Origin: Bdellovibrionales bacterium
GTDB taxonomy: Bacteria > Bdellovibrionota > Bdellovibrionia > Bdellovibrionales > UBA1609
Length of the DNA stretch: 64,000 nt
Assembly (NCBI GenBank): GCA_027317865.1
Contig: DAHVQG010000014.1
Span: 1 to 64,000 of the forward strand
Direction of reading: 5' to 3'
Part shown: positions 1 through 9,800 of the stretch, piece by piece
Layout of the letters: each line of letters opens with the position of its first letter
How positions within the stretch are numbered: the stretch's first letter is position 1
Notes under the pieces: generated by a model
Seen by the model: only the letters and a program-made list of their open reading frames with translations
What the model was told of the DNA's origin: nothing
Database searches by the model: none
Program-made: the position numbers and the translations under genes

Positions 1-237
1 CTTGCGAACTACTTACCAGGCGGCAAGTACGCAAAAAACACAATCACAGTAAAGCGAACTCCGGCCTCTTTAACCGGGGACATTAACCCGGTCGGTGACG
101 ATATTTTTGCCGACATCGATAAAGGCTACTATGAGGCGTGTCTAAAACACATGCTCTATAACTGCGGGCCGACCATTCGTGCCTTTGAATACCGCTACAA
201 ACACCAATTCACCGGCACACACGGCGGGTTTAACTAA
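1..237 (+). CDS. 3' end of a hypothetical protein (partial, runs off the window)
   Basis: Frame 1 is open from base 1: LANYLPGGKYAKNTITVKRTPASLTGDINP...GGFN* (TAA 235-237). Confidence 0.7.
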   Translation, partial: LANYLPGGKYAKNTITVKRTPASLTGDINPVGDDIFADIDKGYYEACLKHMLYNCGPTIRAFEYRYKHQFTGTHGGFN

Positions 238-252
238 ACCGCGCCGATGAGT

Positions 253-1191
253 TTAACTAAACCGCGAAATAAACGAGCAACGCTGACAGAGGGGTTCGCA
301 TAATTCCCCACGATCGAAACCTTCGCGTAAACGTCGTGCTCGGTCATTAGCCAACAATCGCGCGAGTTCACCTGGCAAGCAATTTTCGTTGATTCTGCCA
401 AGCGCGATCCCTGCCTCTTTATCGAGGCAACACGGTACGACGGTGCCGTCTGATAGAATTCCAAAATGTGAGCGAAGCGCATGACAATGACCTTTTGTCT
501 GTAGAACAGCACGCTCTAGGCTAGGCCACTCAAACCGAGAATCAAAATGCACATAAAGCCGCCCCTTCACTCGGTACGATTTACGAAAACCGACGTTGGC
601 GCGACCTACTCCCTCGGCTGGCCCACCACGCAAATCACAATCAAATTCGCGACAAATCGGATCTAAAAATTTTCGATTACCGTCACGATCAGCTTCGTCA
701 GTTCCGAGATTCCAAAGACGAAAATTGATATAAAGATCGGGGCGTTCAATTAGTGCGCGTTGAGTAAATTGAAAAATGTGCTGCAAATAAGATTCGAATT
801 GAGCCGCACGATCTTCAGCACTGCGTCTTGTATTCGACGGAAAACTTTGCAGAGAAAAATTAATCTGTCGGAATATAGGATTAAGTAGTACCTCAGCACG
901 CGGCTTGCCGTCTGCGCCGGCGTGCTCGAGGAGGGTGCCATTAGTTGTTAAATGAATCGGCATCGCATGTTGCGCGCACACGTCAACAAATTTCGAAAAT
1001 TCGGGATGCGCAAGTGGTTCCCCCATCACATGAAACGTAACCTCATCCACAAGATTTTGAACTTCGAGTATAGCACGCTCAAATAGCGGCAACGACATAC
1101 GTCGTGCCGGCCGCTCCACTTCAGGACAAAAATCGCACTGTAAATTGCAGACATTTGTAATTTCGATGTAGGCGCGCTGATAGGGCTTCAT
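253..1191 (-). CDS. Radical SAM / SPASM domain protein
   Basis: CxxxCxxC motif (CNLQCDFC), GEPL, TTNG; C-terminal Cys cluster (C...VPCC...LCQRC). Confidence 0.9.
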   Translation of the reverse strand: MKPYQRAYIEITNVCNLQCDFCPEVERPARRMSLPLFERAILEVQNLVDEVTFHVMGEPLAHPEFSKFVDVCAQHAMPIHLTTNGTLLEHAGADGKPRAEVLLNPIFRQINFSLQSFPSNTRRSAEDRAAQFESYLQHIFQFTQRALIERPDLYINFRLWNLGTDEADRDGNRKFLDPICREFDCDLRGGPAEGVGRANVGFRKSYRVKGRLYVHFDSRFEWPSLERAVLQTKGHCHALRSHFGILSDGTVVPCCLDKEAGIALGRINENCLPGELARLLANDRARRLREGFDRGELCEPLCQRCSFISRFS

Positions 1192-2462
1192 TTCTTATCC
1201 ACTTGCGAAAGAAAAATGTGAAATTGCACGTCTAGGCCGCCGTTTTGAAAATTGAAAATTTCACTGCGCTCTAGCGGACCAACGGAATTCGCTACAAAAC
1301 GCGCTTGGGCCTTTGGGATAACCACCCCCAACGCCTTTATGTTCACGTCATTAGGCGCGTTCTGCACCACACGATCGAGCAATTGTGGATAATAGCGCTG
1401 CGGCGACATGGGCAATTTGATTCGCTCACCGTACGGTGGGTTAAGAATCACAGCCGCATTTAACTTTTTGTTTTGCTTTTTTGGCTCGTTCAATGGCAAA
1501 CGCCCATTTTCGGAATTGAACACTGAAAATAAATCTTGTTTTAAGAAAACAAATGCTTCTGCGCAACCAAGTCGCTTGGCCGAGGATCGCGCCGCCTGTA
1601 AAGCCGATTCGTCTCGGTCAAATCCGAAATATTTTAGCGCCGTTTGGCTTGCGCCTTTCGAAGCTGAGCCCATCTCTTTTGGTTGCGAACGCTCTGGTTG
1701 CAATTCCGGCGATTGCCATCGCTCGTCGTGCAAAAACGCATAGTCGCCGTCAACGGAAGTTTGCCTGTTCCATCGTCGCCCGAATAGCCAAGCTTCAAAT
1801 AACAACGTACCGCTACCGCACATAGGGTCAATTAACGCTTCAACTGCCCCGCATGCTCGTGACAAGGCAAAATATAATGCCGCCGCTAAATTTTCGCGCA
1901 ACGGTGCAATCGCCGACATTTCTTTGTAGCCGCGTTGAAATAGCGGCTGGCCCGACAAATCACGCGATAAGGTGCAAACGTCGTTTGTAAAACGCACGTA
2001 AATCTTATGTGTGAACGGCGAAGTGGCCTTCTTCGGCGGCTGTTTCGCAAAATACCGATGAATCCCATCGCTTACTGTTTGGCTAATTCGTTTTTCGTTA
2101 GCCAGTCGTGATTTTTCAGCCGAAACCGATAGCTCAAATGCATCGCCAACCAAATAATTTCGCCAAGGCAATGCCTGGATCTTGTTAAACAGTTTCGGAA
2201 AATCTCGGCATTTAAACTCGTAAAGACGCTCTCGAATCGAAGTCGGAATCTTAAGATGATAATGAAGTTCAGGGACAAATTCTTCGGGAACTTCCAGCGA
2301 AATTCCACCGCGAGAGAAATTCACAACTTCGACAGCACTCGGTGATTCACCATATTTTACAATTTCAGGGAATTTATCGGTGATCTCAGCCATTGCAAGC
2401 CGCTCAAAGCCCGGTGGGACAACGATAAATATTCTTATAGAAGCAGATTCGATGGCGCTCAT
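1188..2462 (-). CDS. THUMP/RlmL-like class I SAM-dependent RNA methyltransferase
   Basis: APLRENLAA, DPMCGSGTLL and NPPYGER motifs. Confidence 0.85.
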   Translation of the reverse strand: MSAIESASIRIFIVVPPGFERLAMAEITDKFPEIVKYGESPSAVEVVNFSRGGISLEVPEEFVPELHYHLKIPTSIRERLYEFKCRDFPKLFNKIQALPWRNYLVGDAFELSVSAEKSRLANEKRISQTVSDGIHRYFAKQPPKKATSPFTHKIYVRFTNDVCTLSRDLSGQPLFQRGYKEMSAIAPLRENLAAALYFALSRACGAVEALIDPMCGSGTLLFEAWLFGRRWNRQTSVDGDYAFLHDERWQSPELQPERSQPKEMGSASKGASQTALKYFGFDRDESALQAARSSAKRLGCAEAFVFLKQDLFSVFNSENGRLPLNEPKKQNKKLNAAVILNPPYGERIKLPMSPQRYYPQLLDRVVQNAPNDVNIKALGVVIPKAQARFVANSVGPLERSEIFNFQNGGLDVQFHIFLSQVDKK

Positions 2463-3601
2463 CGCGCCATTTTTAACTGAACTCGGTTACCTGAGGCAAG
2501 TTTTGCGCGCGGACGCGTCGCAAGCGATGCACCATCATTTTTGAAAACGCCGAATTGACGATTAAACGCTTCGACGCCCTGATCTTCGACGACAACGCCC
2601 AGTTCGTGCCGGAAGTGCTCGGCCATATGCTTGGCAATGCCGCCGCCACGAATAACGAATCGAATTTTAATTCGATACGGAAATACCGCGCGTAACTGCG
2701 AATCTTCGCTGATTAGTTTGATTAATTTTTTTAGGTTTTCAGTTCGCCGTTCGAGTTTTTCGTTCCAGTAACGGGTCTCGCGCTCAAGTCTTGTGTTCGC
2801 GTGTTTGACCTCGAACCACGTCATTTCGCCTCTTTTTTGATCCACGGACACAGCATCAATCTCAAGGTACATAAGATGAACAAGATCGGAATGCCCAGTT
2901 GTGACTAACCGCTTTTTGAACTGCTCAAGAAGGGGCTCTGGGATCATTTCATCAATATGTTCATCGGCGGCAACCAGTCCCTTAACTTCAAGCGCGGTCA
3001 GAATTTCTGAAATGAAACTGTAGTTTTTTTGATAGTATTTGCAGATAAAATACTCGTCTTTTTTCGCGGCTATCGCCTCTTTCTCTGCTTCGGTCACGGC
3101 ACCGTCTTTATGGCCGACTTTATGATTGAAAAGGCTATCCGTCCAATTCCACCAGAGCTGGTCACCATATTTTTCGTCAAACTCGCGAAGACGCTGATCA
3201 TCAGTAGTGTCGAGCGATTCATTGCTTGTTATATTTCTAAGCACATTGGCAAGAAGCCAGTGAACCGGGTCGTCTGGTTGAACTTTACTTTGGAGTTTCG
3301 ATAAAATGAAAATAAGACGTGCCCGGTCCGTTTGTATGAATTTAAGCACGTCGCGAACTGTCGGATTTTTACCCTCAAAATACTGGTTTAATTCCCGAAA
3401 AGTTGTCGGGTTATCGCGCATAGCATGTTTGATTTCTTTGTAAACAAGTTGTCCCGACGGCGTATCGCGAAGAGGGGCCGCAGTATAATGAGATCTAAGG
3501 ATTTGCGCACATGTAGACGGCCGAGCCCATAACCGTGGGCCACCTAAAATTAGCAGTGCGACTAACGGTAAAACTGAGCGCCAGGCACCTAACGTTCGCA
3601 A
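2459..3601 (-). CDS. Secreted hypothetical protein with a PD-(D/E)xK nuclease-like motif
   Basis: N-terminal hydrophobic signal; EIDAVSVD...WFEVK motif; TTG start after a GGGGTAAGG RBS; 4-nt overlap with the downstream gene. Confidence 0.65.
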   Translation of the reverse strand: MRTLGAWRSVLPLVALLILGGPRLWARPSTCAQILRSHYTAAPLRDTPSGQLVYKEIKHAMRDNPTTFRELNQYFEGKNPTVRDVLKFIQTDRARLIFILSKLQSKVQPDDPVHWLLANVLRNITSNESLDTTDDQRLREFDEKYGDQLWWNWTDSLFNHKVGHKDGAVTEAEKEAIAAKKDEYFICKYYQKNYSFISEILTALEVKGLVAADEHIDEMIPEPLLEQFKKRLVTTGHSDLVHLMYLEIDAVSVDQKRGEMTWFEVKHANTRLERETRYWNEKLERRTENLKKLIKLISEDSQLRAVFPYRIKIRFVIRGGGIAKHMAEHFRHELGVVVEDQGVEAFNRQFGVFKNDGASLATRPRAKLASGNRVQLKMAR

Positions 3602-3692
3602 TTTCCTTACCCCTTATTGCAAGCGTTTACTGATGCCCAGACCCTAACTGTACAAGCGTACAAAGGCAACGGTCGTTCGAAATTCGCACGAT

Positions 3693-4370
3693 TTACCCGA
3701 TTCGAGCCTTCTTACCTCGGTAAAAAATATAGACTGGTCCGAAAATATGAAATGCTTCGCCATCCACCGCAATGCCGCTACCGTCGGGAGTGGCAAAAAT
3801 CAGCCGTTGCGTTCGACGAGAGTAGCGAAGCATGGCCTCACTGGCAGACTTCGAATTGCTGTAATGGGGCAAAAATTCAAAATCGACCAACCCGAGTCCG
3901 CGCCAATTTTTGAGTTTTACTTCGTTCAGATCGGCATCGGGGGGCGGATAGGCAGCAAGGGCAATGGTCGGAGTCATCATAATGGCACCGGCACTCAGGC
4001 CGGCAACCACTCCCCCGCGTTTGGCGTAAGCTTCGAGTTTTTTCAAAAAACCGCTTTCGCGCAGATGTTTGAGAAAATAAAAAGTGTTACCGCCGGCAAG
4101 ATAAATAACGTCGCTTTTGAGAGCCTCTCGCATTTCACGCATCAAAAAATCACTGTCGACCGCGAAATAACGAAATTTTTTAAACCCGTATCGCGCGTAA
4201 CGCTTTTTTATTCGTCGAAAATAATGCTCGCCATTTTCGTGTGACGACGGCACGTAAGTAAATGAACGCGCTTTACGCCCCAAAATGCCTGAAAGCTTTT
4301 CGTGAATACGTTTATTGCCGGAATTTTGTCCCCCGGCGTACATTACTAGCCTAAAGTTGTGCTTCTTCAT
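3693..4370 (-). CDS. Peptidase E (S51) family protein
   Basis: GGNTF, nucleophile GLSAGA and FLPHY motifs. Confidence 0.85.
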   Translation of the reverse strand: MKKHNFRLVMYAGGQNSGNKRIHEKLSGILGRKARSFTYVPSSHENGEHYFRRIKKRYARYGFKKFRYFAVDSDFLMREMREALKSDVIYLAGGNTFYFLKHLRESGFLKKLEAYAKRGGVVAGLSAGAIMMTPTIALAAYPPPDADLNEVKLKNWRGLGLVDFEFLPHYSNSKSASEAMLRYSRRTQRLIFATPDGSGIAVDGEAFHIFGPVYIFYRGKKARIG

Positions 4371-4507
4371 TGGTGTCTGCCCTGGCTTTTTGCGACGATA
4401 AACTTTTACTATGCCGCTGAATTTTTAAACGCACCAGTCGAGAAACGCCACAATGTGAAACCCTTAGGCAGCGGCAACACAGCGGGCGTAGTAGCGGGCG
4501 CAGTAGT

Positions 4508-4534
4508 TAAGAATAATCTCTAAAAACCCGATAC
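4508..4534 (+). promoter_or_regulatory. Putative sigma28 (FliA)-type promoter of the PilZ gene
   Basis: TAAG-N15-CCCGATAC versus consensus TAAA-N15-GCCGATAA; 20 nt upstream of the ATG. Confidence 0.5.
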
Positions 4535-4554
4535 GTTCTCCGGAAGGTAATGTC

Positions 4555-5193
4555 ATGGCCGAAGCACGAAAATTTGTAGTCCGTGCGCCACGCTACACTC
4601 TACAGCCGGGTGACAATAGGTACATCCGATTTGAGCGGCAAGACGAATACGGCAACACTCACACCACGATCTTTGTCGATATTTCGACGACCGGTTTGGC
4701 GTTTGTCATCGATCGCGAGCAAGCACCCCACCTTTCCGATTTGATTAAAGTCGAGATTCCACTTAACGACGGTCAAAGTGTCGCCTGGTGGGCCCGCGTG
4801 GTACGCGTCGAAGAATTCACACTGAAAAAGTGGTACATGAAGAACGAAAATTTCGTGGGGAATAACCCTGTGCTTGTGGCCGTACAGTTTCAAAATTTGC
4901 CGGTGGGCCATACCGTCATTATACGAAAAGCCCTGGATGAAAAATTCAAAGAAGTCTTTCGCGTTCATCGCCGGCAAAAGTTGTCACGTCAACTTGCGTT
5001 TCTACGCGAATACGGTGTCCGCATTGCTCTGTACGTCTGTCTAGTTGCCGCAGCCTTTTGGTTTCTCTGGTATTTTGCGCAGCCATCTCCCACCTATAAC
5101 CCAAAAGATGGTGGGGCATTATGGGGCTATCGTTACCCGCAATTTGATATGCTCGGTCACTCGAACTCGCAAAAGAGTCCGGAAAATAATTAA
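4555..5193 (+). CDS. PilZ-domain membrane protein
   Basis: RAPR and DISTTG c-di-GMP-binding-type motifs; one C-terminal TM helix. Confidence 0.8.
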   Translation: MAEARKFVVRAPRYTLQPGDNRYIRFERQDEYGNTHTTIFVDISTTGLAFVIDREQAPHLSDLIKVEIPLNDGQSVAWWARVVRVEEFTLKKWYMKNENFVGNNPVLVAVQFQNLPVGHTVIIRKALDEKFKEVFRVHRRQKLSRQLAFLREYGVRIALYVCLVAAAFWFLWYFAQPSPTYNPKDGGALWGYRYPQFDMLGHSNSQKSPENN

Positions 5194-5197
5194 CTGA

Positions 5198-5884
5198 TTA
5201 CAAAAAATCGAGAGGCCAAGCTTCGCGTTTCGCCGCCTTTAAGCGGTTCAAAAATTCGGCTTTCGAGATGTACTTACCGCCGAGTTGCGAGGTCACGCCC
5301 GTCACCATTTGAATATCCATCCATTTCAGCCCGCTGAGTTGAAGCCTCTCGGCCAAACGAATGAGACACAATTTCGACGCATTACTTTTTTTAAAAAACA
5401 TACTCTCGCCGCTAAACACGCCGGCAACATAAACGCCGTAGAGGCCGCCAACCAATTCACGTGATCCGGGCGACCAGCACTCCACACTGTGCGCGTAACC
5501 GAGTTTATGAAATTCCAGATAAGCCCGCAGAATTTCGGGCGTGATCCACGTACCGCTTTGCCCAGGGCGCGGTACATGCGCACACTCCGCCATGACCTGC
5601 GAAAATGCCCGGTTAAAAGTTATTTCAAAATCGGTTTTGCGCAAAAACTTTTTAAGCGAGTGTGAAATATGCAGCTCTGAAAAATCAAGAACCCCGCGAT
5701 CGTCCGGGCAAAACCACAGACACGGCAGTTCGGGATGCGGCCACGGAAAAATCCCGAAACTGTAAGCCTCAAATAAAGTCTCAACCGTGAGGTCATCGCC
5801 CATGGCCACAATGCCGTCCATAGTTGGTCCTGCTGGATCGGGAAAGTGCCGCCGCTTCTTTGCAAAAAGTGGCTGCTCGGTCAT
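5198..5884 (-). CDS. aat: Leucyl/phenylalanyl-tRNA--protein transferase
   Basis: AYSFGIFPW, GTWIT, AHSVECW, GGLYGV and FSGESMF motifs. Confidence 0.95.
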   Translation of the reverse strand: MTEQPLFAKKRRHFPDPAGPTMDGIVAMGDDLTVETLFEAYSFGIFPWPHPELPCLWFCPDDRGVLDFSELHISHSLKKFLRKTDFEITFNRAFSQVMAECAHVPRPGQSGTWITPEILRAYLEFHKLGYAHSVECWSPGSRELVGGLYGVYVAGVFSGESMFFKKSNASKLCLIRLAERLQLSGLKWMDIQMVTGVTSQLGGKYISKAEFLNRLKAAKREAWPLDFL

Positions 5885-7329
5885 AAGCGATCTCGCGCCC
5901 GGCAGTTGTCACAAATTCCGCATCGTTCACCGTCCGGTTCGCCAAAATATTTGTAAATCGATTGCGGGCGGCACGATCGACCGTTCACCCAGCGAACCAA
6001 TTTAAGCAGTTTTTCTTGCTGATGCCGTTTGCGCGCGGCTCGCAAATCTTCATTCCACAGTTCGTCAGTGAGCTCGCCGGTGATTTTTGCCGCTTCGAGT
6101 ATCCCCCACGACTGTAAAAGATTGAGGGTCGTTTCAACTCGATAATCGCGTTTGTTAAAATAACTCATTTGCTCACGCAGAAAATCGGCTCCTTCTTGCC
6201 GAAATCGCGCTTCGTTACCGGCGATAAGCGACATGATTTTGCGAATGTACTCGCCGTCAGGGTTTGCCCATTCAATAAATTCCATTTGAATGGTCACGTC
6301 GTCTTGATCGTACAGTAAAACACACTGAGCCGGCTTGCCGTCGCGACCGGCGCGGCCTATTTCTTGAAAATAGGCTTCAATTGAACCCGGAACTTCGGCG
6401 TGAATCACCGCTCGCACGTCGGGCTTGTCAACACCCAAACCGAACGCCGGTGTGGCCAAAATGACCGGCTCGCGACCGTTCAAAAAATCTTCTTGCGATT
6501 TCCGCTTTATCTTTTCGGGCAAGTCACCATGGTAAAGGACATGCACGATCTTGCGCCGCCTCAGCGTTTCAGAAATCTTATGTAACGTTGTGATAAGCGA
6601 AAAATAGACAATGGCTGACCCCGCGTTTGGTAATATCTCGATTATTTTTTCGACTTTTTGGTCGAGCCCCGAAACATCATCAACCGAAATCGCAAGATTC
6701 GGTCGCGCAATGGGTAAAGAAAGAGTCGGCGCCGTTTCGATATGCAGAGTCCGCAAAATGTCAGCTCGCACTTCGGCAGTGGCCGTTGCTGTGAGCGCGA
6801 GTGTGGGCGGGTTCTGTAGCCGCTCGCGCAAAAGGCCAACCTTCGCATACTCGGGGCGAAAATCCTGGCCCCATTGCGAAATGCAGTGAGCCTCGTCGAC
6901 GACCAAACGAACGATACCCGCCCCGTGGTTTTTAACCGCTTTCATCGCACGATCAATAGCCGCAAGAAATTCCGGTTTTTGAAACCGCTCGGGAGTCACA
7001 TAAACTATCTTCAACTCACCTCGGGCCATTTTCTCTTGTCGCTTTTCGCGCTCAACCCGCGACAAGTCGGAGTTAATAAATGTGGCTTTCACCCCAAGCG
7101 CGCGCAACTTGTCGACCTGATCTTTCATGAGCGCTTTAAGCGGCGACATCACGAGGGTCGTCCCATCAAGACCTACCGCCGGCAATTGATAGGTAAGGCT
7201 TTTACCACTTCCCGTTGGCATAATGACCAAAGCCGATTGGCCCGCCATAAAGTGCTCGATCACTTCCCGCTGGAGTGGCCTAAATTCGTCGAGGTGAAAA
7301 GTTCGCCTAAGAATTTCATCAATTTGCAT
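5881..7329 (-). CDS. recQ: RecQ-family ATP-dependent DNA helicase (short form, no HRDC domain seen)
   Basis: MPTGSGKS, DEAHCISQWG.DFRP, QEIGRAGRDG; Zn site CGICDNC. Confidence 0.9.
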   Translation of the reverse strand: MQIDEILRRTFHLDEFRPLQREVIEHFMAGQSALVIMPTGSGKSLTYQLPAVGLDGTTLVMSPLKALMKDQVDKLRALGVKATFINSDLSRVEREKRQEKMARGELKIVYVTPERFQKPEFLAAIDRAMKAVKNHGAGIVRLVVDEAHCISQWGQDFRPEYAKVGLLRERLQNPPTLALTATATAEVRADILRTLHIETAPTLSLPIARPNLAISVDDVSGLDQKVEKIIEILPNAGSAIVYFSLITTLHKISETLRRRKIVHVLYHGDLPEKIKRKSQEDFLNGREPVILATPAFGLGVDKPDVRAVIHAEVPGSIEAYFQEIGRAGRDGKPAQCVLLYDQDDVTIQMEFIEWANPDGEYIRKIMSLIAGNEARFRQEGADFLREQMSYFNKRDYRVETTLNLLQSWGILEAAKITGELTDELWNEDLRAARKRHQQEKLLKLVRWVNGRSCRPQSIYKYFGEPDGERCGICDNCRARDRL

Positions 7330-7626
7330 TTGTCGCGCAAATTGTATCGTTCGTCCTTTTCAGCCGCAACGATATCTCAACCAATTAATTTTTGGCATTT
7401 CGCGGCTTTTAAACGGTAAGGCCCCTTTTACCCCCTAGCCCGAAACGACAGCGTAAGGGTAGACAAGGTGCGAAAAAACATGATATTTATCCTGGATTCG
7501 AATATTTGAGTTTTTCGTTTTCGCTCACGTTTCGTTGCTGTGTTGGCCAAACCAAGTAAGTAGCCGGTGCGTGAGAATTGCGAAGTATGCTCCAACAGAA
7601 AGGTTTGCGAAAGCAGAGGTAAAAGT

Positions 7627-9735
7627 ATGGCTTCAAAATGGGTTTTAGAAAAAGTACGTAATATCGGGATTTCGGCGCACATCGACTCAGGTAAAACAAC
7701 CCTGACCGAGCGTATACTTTTCTATACCGGCCGTATCCACGCGATTCACGAAGTTAAAGGTAAAGACGGCGTCGGCGCGACGATGGACTCAATGGAACTC
7801 GAACGTGAGCGCGGTATTACAATTCAGTCTGCGGCGACAAACGTTCATTGGGGCGACACCGAGATCAACATTATTGATACCCCCGGGCACGTCGATTTTA
7901 CAATCGAAGTGGAACGCGCTCTGCGCGTGCTCGATGGAGCTATCCTCGTTCTGTGCGGCGTTGCCGGCGTTCAATCGCAGTCTTTTACTGTTGATCGCCA
8001 AATGCGCCGGTACAAAGTTCCGCGCCTTGCGTTTATCAATAAACTCGACCGTTCGGGAGCCAATCCTTATCGCGTCGCGACCGCCCTTCGTGAAAAACTG
8101 AACCACAATGCGGTCATGATGCAAATTCCGATTGGCGCTGAAGACAATTTTCAAGGCGTCGTCGATCTTGTCACCATGAAAGCCTACTATTTCGACGGCG
8201 ATAGCGGCGAAAAAATCAGAGAAGAAGCCATCCCGCCGGAACTCCACGATGATGCAAAAAAACACCGGCAAGAATTGATTGCAAAAGCCGCCGATTTCGA
8301 CGAAACGGTCGGCGAAAAATTTCTAATGGAAGAAGAACCAACGGTTGACGAACTCAAAAAAGCCATCCGCAAAGGGTGTCTTTCGCTTCAACTTACCCCC
8401 GTATTTATGGGCTCGGCGTACAAAAACAAAGGCGTGCAATTATTGTTAAACGGTGTCACCGATTATTTACCGATGCCGACCGAAATTACGAATGAAGCAC
8501 TCGACCAAGACAATAAAGAAGCCAAAGTCGTTTTGCCTTGCGATCCCTTAAAACCGTTTGTTGGTTACGCTTTTAAACTGCAAGAAACTCCGTTTGGCCA
8601 ATTAACCTACGTTCGAGTTTATCAGGGCACGGTTAAAAAAGGTGATTTCATCACCAACATGGCGACCACAAAAAAAATCAAAGTGCCGAGGCTCGTACGC
8701 ATGCATGCCGACAAAATGGAAGAAACCGAAAGTTCGTCAGCCGGTGATATCGTCGCGATGTTCGGCATCGATTGCGAGTCGGGCACCACGTTCACCGACG
8801 GCACGGTCAATTACACAATGACGTCGATGTTTGTTCCTAACGCCGTTATTTCTTTAGCCGTGTGGCCGAAAGAAAAATCGGGAGCCGATAATTTTACCAA
8901 AGCGCTCAATAAATTTCGCAAAGAAGACCCCACGTTTCGCGTGGCCCGCGACGAAGAGTCCGGTCAAACAATTATCTCAGGAATGGGCGAACTGCACCTT
9001 GACGTTTATATGGAGCGGATGAAACGTGAATTCAAATGCGAAGTTGTCGCCGGTGCTCCGCAAGTGGCTTATCGCGAAACCATCACCCAAGCTGCAGCAT
9101 TCGATTACACGCACAAGAAACAGACTGGGGGCGCGGGTCAATACGCAAAAACCGTCGGCACGATGGAGCCACTCCCACCTGATTCAGAAAAGACGTACGA
9201 GTTTGTGGATGAAATTGTCGGTGGACGTATCCCGCGGGAATTTATCCCCGCCTGCGACAAAGGTTTTGCCGAACAAATGGCGAAGGGACCGCTCATTGGT
9301 TTTCCGATCGTTAACGTTCGCGTGCGGTTACAAGACGGCGCATATCACGATGTCGACTCGAGCGAAATGGCGTTTCGCATATGCGCAATGGCCGCGTTTA
9401 GGCAAGGTTACGAAAAAGCCGGGCCCTGTGCGCTTGAGCCGATCATGAAACTTGAAGTGACTTGCCCTGAAGAATTTCAAGGTACGGTTATGGGGCAAAT
9501 CAACCAACGCCGTGGTATTATTCAGGGCACAAGCTCGATGGATGGCGGCCTTGTCGTGATCAATGCTGAGGTGCCGCTGGCTGAAATGTTCGGGTACTCG
9601 ACGATTCTGCGCTCCGCTACGCAAGGTAAAGGCGAGTTTACTATGGAATTTTCACGATACGCTCAATGCCCGCGAAATATTCAAGATGTGCTTGCGAAAA
9701 AATATCAAGAAAAGAGAGCTGCTGAGAATAAGTAA
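7627..9735 (+). CDS. fusA: Elongation factor G (stand-alone, mtEFG1/spdEFG1-like)
   Basis: [39 protein letters not shown] 7627 after an AGAGGT RBS. Confidence 0.97.
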   Translation: MASKWVLEKVRNIGISAHIDSGKTTLTERILFYTGRIHAIHEVKGKDGVGATMDSMELERERGITIQSAATNVHWGDTEINIIDTPGHVDFTIEVERALRVLDGAILVLCGVAGVQSQSFTVDRQMRRYKVPRLAFINKLDRSGANPYRVATALREKLNHNAVMMQIPIGAEDNFQGVVDLVTMKAYYFDGDSGEKIREEAIPPELHDDAKKHRQELIAKAADFDETVGEKFLMEEEPTVDELKKAIRKGCLSLQLTPVFMGSAYKNKGVQLLLNGVTDYLPMPTEITNEALDQDNKEAKVVLPCDPLKPFVGYAFKLQETPFGQLTYVRVYQGTVKKGDFITNMATTKKIKVPRLVRMHADKMEETESSSAGDIVAMFGIDCESGTTFTDGTVNYTMTSMFVPNAVISLAVWPKEKSGADNFTKALNKFRKEDPTFRVARDEESGQTIISGMGELHLDVYMERMKREFKCEVVAGAPQVAYRETITQAAAFDYTHKKQTGGAGQYAKTVGTMEPLPPDSEKTYEFVDEIVGGRIPREFIPACDKGFAEQMAKGPLIGFPIVNVRVRLQDGAYHDVDSSEMAFRICAMAAFRQGYEKAGPCALEPIMKLEVTCPEEFQGTVMGQINQRRGIIQGTSSMDGGLVVINAEVPLAEMFGYSTILRSATQGKGEFTMEFSRYAQCPRNIQDVLAKKYQEKRAAENK

Positions 9736-9756
9736 TTCTCGAGAATAAGTGAAGTT

Positions 9757-9787
9757 GGCGGCGGGCTTACAATAAAACCCGCCCGCC
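9757..9787. terminator. GC-rich hairpin between convergent fusA and DUF4189 genes
   Basis: ggcggcggg...cccgcccgcc imperfect inverted repeat. Confidence 0.55.
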
Positions 9788-9800
9788 GAACAAATAACGT

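Noticed and set aside
7567..7626. N-terminal Cys-containing extension of EF-G in the ORF track
   Set aside because: The RBS and the start of homology support ATG 7627
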